64,000 bases of DNA from Antedon mediterranea (lineage: Eukaryota > Animalia > Echinodermata), in contig NC_092676.1 of assembly GCF_964355755.1 (NCBI RefSeq), positions 13,192,771-13,256,770 on the forward strand, read 5' to 3'. The translations under genes were made by a program, and so were the position numbers. Shown here piece by piece: positions 1-9,379 of this stretch. The notes under the pieces are model-generated. The model was not told the DNA's origin, ran no database searches, and worked only from the letters and a program-made list of their open reading frames with translations. The number at the start of each line of letters is the position of its first letter. The stretch's first letter is position 1.

Positions 1-3000
1 AATAGCTTCAAATCGCATTTGGAGACGTTTTAGACCATTTTGTGCATTTCGATGAAACTTGGTTACACAAAAACATGAAATTGCTTAAAATCACATTTGA
101 AACCGTTTTAGACCATTTTGAGCATTTCGATAAAACTTTTCACACAAAAAAATCAAAGTGCACAAAATAGCTTCAAATCGCATTTGGAGACGTTTTAGAC
201 TATTTTGTGCATTTTGAAAAAATTTGTTAACATAAAAAGACCAAAGTGTTTAGAATATCTCCAAATCGCATTTGGAGACGTTTTAAACCATTTTGTGCAT
301 TTCGATGGAACTTGGTTACACAAAAACATCAAAGTGCTTAAAATCACATTTAAAACCGTTTTAGAACATTTTGAGCATTTCGATAAAACTTTTCACACAA
401 AAACATCAAATTGCACAAAATAGCTTAATACCGTGTTTGAAATCGTTTTAAACCATTTTGAGCATGTCGATAAAACTTTACACAAAAAAACATCAAAGTG
501 CACAGAATAGCTTCAAATCGCATTTGGAGACGTTTTAAACCATTTTGTGCATTTCAATAAAACTTTTCACATAAAAACAACAAAGTGTACAAAATAGCTT
601 CAAATCGCATTTAGAGACGTTTTAGACCATTTTGGGCATTTCGATGAAACTTGGTTACACAAATACATAAAAATGCTTAAAATCACATTTCAAACCGTTT
701 TAGAGCATTTTGAGCATTTCGATAAAACTTTTCACACAAAAACATCAAAGTGCACAAAATAGCTTCAAATCGCATTTAGAGATGTTTTAGACCATTTTGT
801 GCAATTCGATAAAACTTTTCACACAAAAACATCAAATTGCACAAAATAGCTTAATATCGTGTTTGAAAACGTTTTAGACCATTTTGAGCATGTCGATAAA
901 ACTTTTCACACAAAAACATAAAAGTGAACAGAATAGCTTCAAATTGCATTTGGAGACGTTTTAGAGCATTTTGTGCATTTCGATAAAATGTGTTAACATA
1001 AAAAGACCAAAGTGTTTAGAATATCTTCAAATCACATTTGGAGACGTTTTAGACCATTTTTTGCATTTCGATGAAACTTGGTTACACAAAAACATCAAAG
1101 TGCTTAAAATCACATTTAAAACCGTTTTAGAGCATTTTGAGCATTTCAATAAAACTTTTCACACAAAAACATCAAAGTGTACAAAATAGCTTCAAATCGC
1201 ATTTAGAGAGGTTTTAGACCATTTTGTGCATTTCGATAAAACTTTTCACACAAAAACATCAAAGTGTACAAAATAACTTCAAATCGTATTTAGAGACGTT
1301 TTAGACCATTTTGTGCATTTTGATAAAACTTTTCACACAAAAACATCAAATTGCACGAAATAGCTTAATATCGTGTTTGAAAACGTTTTAAACCATTTTG
1401 AGCATGTCGATAAAACTTTTCACACAAAAATATCAAAGTGCACAGAATATCTTCAAATCGCATTTAGAGACGTTTTAGACCATTTTGTGCATTTCGAAAA
1501 AATTTGTTAACATAAAAAGACCAAAGTGTTTAGAATATCTCCAAATCGCATTTGGAGACGTTTTAGACCATTTTGTGTTTTTCAAAAAAAACTTTTCACA
1601 CAAAAACATCAAAGTGTACAAAATTCCTTCAAATCGCATTTGGAGACGTTTTAGACCATTTTGTGATTTTCGAAAAACTTTTCACACAAAAACATCAAAG
1701 TGTAGAAAATTGCTTCAAATCGCATTTAGAGATGTTTTAGACCATTTTGTGCATTTCGAAAAAATTTGTTAACATAAAAAGACCAAAGTGTTTAGAATAT
1801 CTCCAAATCGCATTTGGAGACGTTTTAGACCATTTTGTGCATTTCGATGACACTTGGTTACACAAAAACATCAAAGTGCTTAAAATCACATTTAAAACCG
1901 TTTTAGAGCGTTTTGAGCATTTCGATAAACTTTTCAAACAAAAACATCAAAGTGTACAAAATAGCTTCAAATCGTATTTGGAGACGTTTTAGACCATTTT
2001 GTGCGTTTCGATGAATCTTGGTTACACAAAAACATCAAAGTGCTTAAAATCACATTTAAAACCGTTTTAGTGCATTTTGAGCATTTCGATAAAACTTTTC
2101 ACACAAAAACATCAAAGTGCACAAAATAGCTTCAAATCGCATTTAGAGATGTTTTAGACCATTTTGTGCGTTTCGATAAAACTTTTCACACAAAAACATC
2201 AAATTGCACAAAATAGCTTAATATCGTGTTTGAAAACGTTTTAGACCATTTTGAGCATGTCGATAAAACTTTTCACACAAAAACATAAAAGTGCACAGAA
2301 TAGCTTCAAATCGCATTTGGAGACGTTTTAGACCATTTTGTGCATTTCGATAAAACTTTTTAACATAAAAACACCAAAGTGCTTAGAATAGCTTCAAATC
2401 GCATTTGGAGACGTTTTAGACCATTTTGTGCATTTCGATGAAACTTGGTTACACAAAAACATCAAAGTGCTTAAAATCACATTTGAAACCGTTTTAGAGC
2501 ATTTTGAGCATTTCGATAAAACTTTTCACACAAAAACATCAAAGTGTACAAAATAGCTTCAAATCACATTTGAAACCGTTTTAGACCATTTTGAGCATTT
2601 CGATGAAACTTGGTTACACAAAAACATCAAAGTGCTTAAAATCACATTTGAAACCGTTTTAGAGCATTTTGAGCATTTCGATAAAACTTTTCACACAAAA
2701 ACATCAAATTGCACAAAATAGCTTAATATCGTGTTTGAAAACGTTTTAGACCATTTTGAGCATGTCGATAAAACTTTTCACACAAAAACATAAAAGTGAA
2801 CAGAATAGCTTCAAATTGCATTTGGAGACGTTTTAGCATTTTGTGCATTTCGATAAAATGTGTTAACATAAAAAGACCAAAGTGTTTAGAATATCTTCAA
2901 ATCACATTTGGAGACGTTTTAGACCATTTTTTGCATTTCGATGAAACTTGGTTACACAAAAACATCAAAGTGCTTAAAATCACATTTAAAACCGTTTTAG

Positions 3001-3509
3001 AGCATTTTGAGCATTTCGATAAAACTTTTCACACAAAAACATCAAAGTGTACAAAATAGCTTCAAATCGCATTTAGAGAGGTTTTAGACCATTTTGTGCA
3101 TTTCGATAAAACTTTTCACACAAAAACATCAAAGTGTACAAAATAACTTCAAATCGTATTTAGAGACGTTTTAGACCATTTTGTGCATTTTGATAAAACT
3201 TTTCACACAAAAACATCAAATTGCACAAAATAGCTTAATATCGTGTTTGAAAACGTTTTAAACCATTTTGAGCATGTCGATAAAACTTTTCACACAAAAA
3301 TATCAAAGTGCACAGAATATCTTCAAATCGCATTTGGAGACGTTTTAGACCATTTTGTGTTTTTCGAAAAAACTTTTCACACAAAAACATCAAAGTGTAC
3401 AAAATTGCTTCAAATCGCATTTGGAGACGTTTTAGACCATTTTGTGATTTTCGAAAAACTTTTCACACAAAAACATCAAAGTGTAGAAAATTGCTTCAAA
3501 TCGCAAAAA
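1..3509. repeat. Satellite DNA array, segment 1 (87/88/78/86-bp monomers)
   Basis: Head-to-tail monomers. 87-bp type: TTTTGTGCATTTCGATAAAACTTTTCACACAAAAACATCAAAGTGTACAAAATAGCTTCAAATCGCATTTAGAGACGTTTTAGACCA (period 1221 to 1308). 78-bp type carries GATGAAACTTGGTTACAC...GTGCTTAAAATCAC (33 to 111). 88-bp type carries AAAAAATTTGTTAACATAAAAAGACC (198 to 286). Confidence 0.98.
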
Positions 3510-3798
3510 TAATTTCTTCCGAGTAAAAATACCAAAGGAAGAATCGTTTGTGTCAATGGGGTTCACTCTATTAGTATAGTTTATCGGTCAGTTTCCCATG
3601 ACTTTATGTAAACTGTTTGGATGGGATGACCATGAAGCTACCGATTTATGATATCCTCAGGGTAGAATGGTATTCAAAGTATGACTGGTAAACTCATTAA
3701 ATTCTAGGCGTGTGGTTTAATTCTGAAGCACGACATTCGCTTCATAACCGTCTCCGGACAAACATCGCATTTATTAAGTTTGCTGTATAAAATAATTT
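3506..3798 (+). repeat. Split direct repeat A1 (293 bp)
   Basis: Identical by eye to 9376-9668 (offset 5870). Begins and ends with AAAATAATTT. Confidence 0.95.
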
Positions 3799-3927
3799 TT
3801 AAATTTAATTAATTTTGTAATTTTAACTTCTTTTAACGGAGTGGTATTGTTTCGTGAACTAGCTGTTTTACCTCTTATAGGGTATTTATCGGGTATGTAT
3901 TACGTTTAATTGCAATTTTTAAGTATC

Positions 3928-4524
3928 ATGGAACGGATACCTGTTCGTCACGAAGTATGCATACTCGGACACTCTTTTATTCGGCGTTTGGCTGAACACG
4001 TGAGTAATTCTTCTGATGACAAACATTTGCGCCTAAATAATTCATATTTACTGGACTTTAAATCCAAAGGCGGTGCCAGAGTACGGAACCTACCCTCTTT
4101 ATTCAAAGGCCGTACATCGTTCGACATAGTATACATTCAGATGGGAGAAAATGACATAGGAACATGTAATATTTCAACCTTCATACGACACTATCAGGCA
4201 TTCATTGACTTTTTATTGCTGGGGGCAGATGTCAAATTAGTGATAATAGGAGAGCTCATCCGTAGGTTACCGAAAAACTCCGTACCCACGTTCAACACTA
4301 CGATAAAGAAAGTAAATAATATTTTAGAATCACTTTTCGCTGACCATCCTAAAGTGATTTTTTGGAGGCATCGCGGTTTTAAGGCGGACTTTACTCACGT
4401 GGGAAGAGATGGTGTGCATTTAAGCACTGCTGATCATGTCCACAAATTATCAGGAATGAAGCGGTTCATTAGAAGTGTGCGGAACGCCCTAATATATGGA
4501 ACAAAACTTTTAAGGCCAGTATAA
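3928..4524 (+). CDS. SGNH/GDSL-family hydrolase (esterase) of the retrotransposon, 198 aa from the first ATG
   Basis: Block I VCILGHSFIRRL (GDS-like serine), block II SKGGARV, block III YIQMGENDI (GxND), block V GRDGVHLS (DxxH). The ORF track starts at a TTG (3910); the first ATG is 3928. Confidence 0.88.
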   Translation: MERIPVRHEVCILGHSFIRRLAEHVSNSSDDKHLRLNNSYLLDFKSKGGARVRNLPSLFKGRTSFDIVYIQMGENDIGTCNISTFIRHYQAFIDFLLLGADVKLVIIGELIRRLPKNSVPTFNTTIKKVNNILESLFADHPKVIFWRHRGFKADFTHVGRDGVHLSTADHVHKLSGMKRFIRSVRNALIYGTKLLRPV

Positions 4525-5346
4525 CATAAATTATTTAAGATTAGGCTTTATAGACGACGGTCTTGTATCATCGTTTATACTAAGTCGACGGGATGGTGTG
4601 CAACACACATGTCTCCAACTTACATTTTTCTTTTACTGTCAAAGTAAAACTCTATTTTTTTTACGTTTTATGTGCCAATTTTTGGCCAAGTTACAATACG
4701 TAAATGTGATACTTTTAATACCTGGATCATTTTAACCTCACGTTTATTTCTTTTTGCTCATGACGGTGGCCTTAGGCAACATTACTGTTCTTTTATATAG
4801 GCCAACCATTTTTACATCGAGCTACTATCGGCAGAGTTTTTCACCCTGCCTTTGAGGTTATTTTTGCTCTCATTTCGAGCATTTTATTTTCTACGATTCG
4901 TTTTGCTCTCATATAGATAGGGGCCTAAGTAGAAACATTTTTATTTCCGGCTATGTTTTGGTCCAGGGACATATACCGGAAGATACCTTACTATTTGAAA
5001 CTTTTGCTGCTACTTTGCTTTACGCCCGAGGGACAATTTTGCTAGCTCAATGACTCATAACAGTGCATTCGTTTTTAAAGAATTGCACGACTTTTACTTA
5101 TGTTGGGTGGTTTACACCAACACTATATCTGACCTATATTTCTGAGCTATATTTGGTCTCCTCGTATTTCTAATTTCATTGCACATGCAATGCTTGGCGA
5201 TTCTATTTAAAGTAAGCAAGCCTTTGTAAGGTACCAGTAATAGGTATCTTATGTGCTCAGGAAAATTCCTCACATTAACCTATCATTTTAAACACTTTTT
5301 CTTTTATGCTGGGGCTACAGGAGTCCAGTAGGCGTCCAGAAACAAT

Positions 5347-6255
5347 ATGCCAAAAACAACGTCAAAAAATTCAAAAACGGGAAAAAACGCTCAGAAAAAG
5401 AAGGTACCGCAGGTAGCGACGTCGCTTGACTATGCCAAACTGGCAAAAGAACTGCACGCCTTACAACAAGTGGAGAGTCAAAAAGAACCTCAGGACAGCC
5501 ACGCAGTATCCAAGGACATCGTGTCGACGACACCAGTACCTGAATTTATCCACCAAATTCCAGGTGAGGAGCTTTTGGCTCAACCCGATATCCATATATC
5601 AGAGGCCATCCCCCTTGGGGCAGGTATCAGCGCAGCCATCAAAAATAAAATATGGAATGATACATTTATTGAACTGCGTTCACTACTTCCTAGTTATAAA
5701 GAACAAGCTACAGTAACGGGCATGTCGGTAGGCAATGGCAACATACAGCTTCACCATGAACCACCCCAACAACAACAACCGCTTGAATTTTTAGATTGGG
5801 TGAAAGCGATGCATATTTATGTATCCATATATATATTGAAAGAGAAAGAAGCATGCCAACCTATGCTTAAGTATATAGCTAACATTCTAGATATTTATAC
5901 GTCGGGTCCGGTAGGGGCATGGCGAAGATACGACTTGAACTTCCGAAAAGCGAGACAATCTCGTCCACTAGAATGGGGGCTCTTGAATACAGAACTCCTC
6001 GTAAAATGCTATAATTATTTACGTACTGACACGTCCCAAACCAAACGTTTTCAAAGTAAATTTCAGAGTTCCTTTCAAAACACGCGAAACCGGGGAGTCT
6101 GTTGGAACTGGAACGACGGAAAGGATTGTAGAAAGAAACCCTGTACCCTCAAACATACTTGCGACATTTGCAGGGGAAACCACCCAAAAATTCGTTGCCA
6201 AAAACCTAACAAAATTAGGCAACCACCATCCTTTCTCGCTACCAACCCCAATTAG
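5347..6255 (+). CDS. gag: Gag-like ORF with C-terminal Cys/His zinc finger, 302 aa
   Basis: Basic N-terminus. IKNKIWNDTFIELRSLL and WRRYDLNFR...LEWG motifs resemble DIRS/Ngaro ORF1. Zinc finger CWNWNDGKDCRKKPCTLKHTCDICRGNHPKIRC. Lies immediately before RT. Confidence 0.85.
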   Translation: MPKTTSKNSKTGKNAQKKKVPQVATSLDYAKLAKELHALQQVESQKEPQDSHAVSKDIVSTTPVPEFIHQIPGEELLAQPDIHISEAIPLGAGISAAIKNKIWNDTFIELRSLLPSYKEQATVTGMSVGNGNIQLHHEPPQQQQPLEFLDWVKAMHIYVSIYILKEKEACQPMLKYIANILDIYTSGPVGAWRRYDLNFRKARQSRPLEWGLLNTELLVKCYNYLRTDTSQTKRFQSKFQSSFQNTRNRGVCWNWNDGKDCRKKPCTLKHTCDICRGNHPKIRCQKPNKIRQPPSFLATNPN

Positions 6256-6268
6256 ACTGAACAACCTA

Positions 6269-7825
6269 ATGTCTTACTTAACAGGTTCCCCACAAGGTAT
6301 GTACGCATCCATTTTGGCCGGCTTTAAACATGGTTTTACATTAGGCTCGATAACTCCACCCAATCCTATGACAGCTAAAAACCATAGAAGTTGTTTCACA
6401 TACTCGGAAGCGGTAACTGACTTTATTAAAAAGGGAGTACTCTTAGGCAGAATTGCTGGACCGTTCTCATCACCACCCTTTAAAAACTTCAGAATTTCTC
6501 CGTTAGGTGTAATTCCAAAATCGGAACCAGGTAAATTTAGAATCATACACGATTTATCTTATCCGAAAGGTAATTCCGTCAATGACACGATTCCTACCGG
6601 GGAAAAAATTGTACAATACGACAACATTGACACAATTGTCAAACAAGTATTAAAGTTTGGGGTGGGCAGTCTCATGGCAAAAACGGATATCGAAGAGGCC
6701 TTTCGGATTATCCCGATCACACCCACAGATTATTGGCTTTTAGGTTTTTCATGGGAAGGTAGTTTTTACTATGATAAGTGCCTACCCATGGGGGCATCAA
6801 GTTCTTGCAATCGCTTTGGTTTGTTCAGCGACTCATTAACGTGGATTATGCAAAACAAGTTCCAAACCCAGGGCATATCACATTTATTAGATGATTTTTG
6901 GTTCATAGGGGAAGCCGATTCCAATACCTGTTTAAATTCCCTGACTAATTTTATGTTTCTTTGTTCACAAGTAGGGGTCCCGATCAAGTACAGTAAAACT
7001 GTTACGCCAAGAACATGCTTGACCATATATGGGATAGAAGTGGATACTCTGTCTATGGAATGTAGACTTCCTATAGAAAAAGTATTAAAAATTCGGGAAA
7101 AACTATCCTATTTTATGTCTAGGCAAAAAGTCACCTTAAAAGAATTACAATCTCTGTTAGGCCTCCTCAACTTTGCTTGTTGTGTAGTCGTTCCGGGCCG
7201 CCCATTTTTACGCCGATTAATAAATTTAACAGCGGGAAAACAATCTAATTCAAGAAAACCCCTAGCCACCGATTTCCGTACTTTAACGAGCGAGACCAAG
7301 GAAGACTTAAACACTTGGTTAGAATTTGCCAATAACTTTAATGGGAAGGCCATGATTTTAGAAGAAATTTGGTTATCTTCTTCAACCCTCAATTTATTTA
7401 CTGATGCATCGGGCTCAATCGGGTGCGCAGGGGTTCTCAATGAAAAGTGGTTTGCGATTCGTTGGCCAATTTACATGCAACATCACTCAATCGCCGCGAA
7501 AGAAATGTTCCCCATTGTTTTAGCTCTCGAATTATGGGGCCATCGGCTATCTAATAAATTCATCCTATTTCAGTCCGACAATCTAGCGGTGGTATATATC
7601 ATAAATAAGAAAACCGCTAGAGATAACGTGCTACTACGTCTACTAAGACGATTAATACTCTGCTGTCTAAATCACAACATTTATTTTAGAGCCCAACACA
7701 TTCAGGGGGTCAAAAATGTTCTGGCTGATTGGTTATCTCGCTTCAAAATCGACAAAGCTTTACAAACCTTTAAGCAGTTGAAAATTATTCCATCTGTCGT
7801 ACCCTCCTCGTTTATTTATATTTAA
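6269..7825 (+). CDS. Reverse transcriptase / RNase H (DIRS/Ngaro type); frame is open from 6005
   Basis: RT motifs SPLGVIPK, GKFRIIHDLS, KTDIEEAFR, LPMG, HLLDDF. RNase H motifs LFTDASG, IAAKE, FQSDN, HIQGVKNVLADWLSR. Uninterrupted 518 aa. Confidence 0.95.
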   Translation: MSYLTGSPQGMYASILAGFKHGFTLGSITPPNPMTAKNHRSCFTYSEAVTDFIKKGVLLGRIAGPFSSPPFKNFRISPLGVIPKSEPGKFRIIHDLSYPKGNSVNDTIPTGEKIVQYDNIDTIVKQVLKFGVGSLMAKTDIEEAFRIIPITPTDYWLLGFSWEGSFYYDKCLPMGASSSCNRFGLFSDSLTWIMQNKFQTQGISHLLDDFWFIGEADSNTCLNSLTNFMFLCSQVGVPIKYSKTVTPRTCLTIYGIEVDTLSMECRLPIEKVLKIREKLSYFMSRQKVTLKELQSLLGLLNFACCVVVPGRPFLRRLINLTAGKQSNSRKPLATDFRTLTSETKEDLNTWLEFANNFNGKAMILEEIWLSSSTLNLFTDASGSIGCAGVLNEKWFAIRWPIYMQHHSIAAKEMFPIVLALELWGHRLSNKFILFQSDNLAVVYIINKKTARDNVLLRLLRRLILCCLNHNIYFRAQHIQGVKNVLADWLSRFKIDKALQTFKQLKIIPSVVPSSFIYI

Positions 7826-7902
7826 TTTATTTTAATTTTCCCCTTTTACAAATAGTTATCCACTTTTTATTCATAGGACCTTCAACAAGGGATGATGACA
7901 TT

Positions 7903-8817
7903 TTGTGGCCTTCACGTGCAAACTTGTCACAATCAGCTCGTCAATTAATCAAAGCGTCCTTGTCAACTTCATCTCGTAAGGCTTATTTACGAAGTTGGGA
8001 ATTACTCAATAGGTGGTCGGTAGATAAAAGAACTCTACCGCTACTTCCAACCCATCTCTGTAACTTTATTGCATTTTTATTTGAGAAAGGGTACGCTCCA
8101 AGCACTATTCATTCTCACGTTTCGGCTATTTGTTTCATTCACAAAATTCACAGCTTTCCTGACCCTTCCGATTCTTTTCTGGTTAAGAAAACTCTCCGCG
8201 GCATGCATGCTTCGGCAAATTCAAAAGACACACGCTTGCCTATTACAATTGATATCCTTAGAAAATTAATCAGGGCCCTAGATACTACAGTTACGTCTAG
8301 AAAAATGAGAATGCTGTTGTCAGCATTTTTCTTAGTAGCATTTCAGGGTTTCATGCGAGTGGGCGAATTAGCGGCTCGTTCGGGTATGGAAGCAAAAGTG
8401 CTCCAACGCGATGATATTACATTCACTTCCACGGGTATGAACTTAACATTACGCCATTCTAAGACTTCTACGGGAAAACCTCCGATCATTGTAAATATTA
8501 CATCACAAACAAATAAGGCGTTTTGCCCTGTACACCACCTTCGGGTGTATTTAGATTCCTTCGGTCATACGCACGGTCCTCTATTCCAACACATGAACGG
8601 TAAACCAGTGACACCACAATTCGTATCATCGTGCATTAAGACAGCAATTTCTTGTATTGGGTTAAACACTAATTTATACAAAGGCCATAGTTTTAGAATA
8701 GGAGCGGCTACGCACGCCGCAGGTCTTGGGCTGTCAGAGCATATAATTCAAAAGATGGGGCGTTGGTCCTCCGATGCCTTTAAAACCTATATACGGATAC
8801 ATTCCTTCAAAATCTAG
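7903..8817 (+). CDS. Tyrosine recombinase (lambda-integrase family); true start uncertain, probably spliced
   Basis: Catalytic residues in GFMRVGEL (R), RHSKT (K), GHSFRIGAAT (HxxR), MGRWSSDAFKTYIR (W, Y). N-terminal core-binding region SLSTSSRKAY...GYAPSTIHSHVSAI. The track start is a TTG, and the first in-frame ATG is only at 8203. Confidence 0.93.
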   Translation: MWPSRANLSQSARQLIKASLSTSSRKAYLRSWELLNRWSVDKRTLPLLPTHLCNFIAFLFEKGYAPSTIHSHVSAICFIHKIHSFPDPSDSFLVKKTLRGMHASANSKDTRLPITIDILRKLIRALDTTVTSRKMRMLLSAFFLVAFQGFMRVGELAARSGMEAKVLQRDDITFTSTGMNLTLRHSKTSTGKPPIIVNITSQTNKAFCPVHHLRVYLDSFGHTHGPLFQHMNGKPVTPQFVSSCIKTAISCIGLNTNLYKGHSFRIGAATHAAGLGLSEHIIQKMGRWSSDAFKTYIRIHSFKI

Positions 8818-8854
8818 TTTACCACATAAAACACGGCGTTTGGCCGAACATACC

Positions 8855-8909
8855 GAGCGTATGGCTCTTGATAATGAGTTTGTGGCTCTTGATAATGAGC
8901 GTGTGGCTC
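8855..8909 (+). repeat. 21-bp minisatellite, about 2.6 copies, in the element 3' UTR
   Basis: GAGCGTATGGCTCTTGATAAT / GAGTTTGTGGCTCTTGATAAT / GAGCGTGTGGCTC. Confidence 0.85.
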
Positions 8910-9078
8910 AAGAGTAAGGTCTTTTACATTAAAATAGATGTTTGTAACTTTGGTAGTTAACTAAGTACTGTATTAGTACTGGTATGTTAGATGATACTGT
9001 TTCGTTTTAAATTTCCTTGTCTTTTTTTTTTTCTTTCTTTCTTGGTTTTGTTTGGGTGCTCCCATTTCCAATGGGTTC

Positions 9079-9379
9079 TGGCCTTTTTGGCACCCACGAT
9101 TATAAGCATGTATCATTATATCATTATATTTTATTTTATATTAATTTAAACTACTGTGTTAACTACAGTTTTGATTTCAATGTTTATGTTTCTATTCGAT
9201 CAATTATTATTATACATGTTTAACCTGTAATTTAAGGGCAGAGAGTGAACCCACATTTCGTAGGGAAGATCAATTCTCTCGTAATTTTTATTGCTTCCCT
9301 ACTTTGCGTCATTATCAAATAAAATGGCATTTGACACTAAACTTGTTTCGTATTTTTGTGAGAGCCAGTTGTCACAAAA
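9079..9379 (+). repeat. Split direct repeat B1 (about 300 bp)
   Basis: Matches 9721-10021 (offset 642); one mismatch seen (T9101 vs G9743). Confidence 0.95.
9318..9323 (+). promoter_or_regulatory. Putative polyadenylation signal AATAAA in repeat B (also 9960-9965 in B2)
   Basis: AATAAA about 55 nt before the end of B, followed by the GT/T-rich CTTGTTTCGTATTTTTGTG. Confidence 0.5.

Noticed and set aside
47-63. CENP-B-box-like TTTCGATGAAACTTGGT in the 78-bp monomer
   Set aside because: Only 7 of 9 core positions match and the essential CGGG is TTGG, so this is not adequate evidence for CENP-B binding.
3948-7440. Antisense and overlapping short ORFs within the Ngaro element (and 27808-28836 in the LINE)
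   Set aside because: Shadow ORFs of real coding frames with no motifs.
7903-8817. Prophage or bacterial integrase contamination
   Set aside because: The YR is linked to a DIRS-type RT/RH and gag, and it is embedded seamlessly in satellite whose flanks match empty sites.
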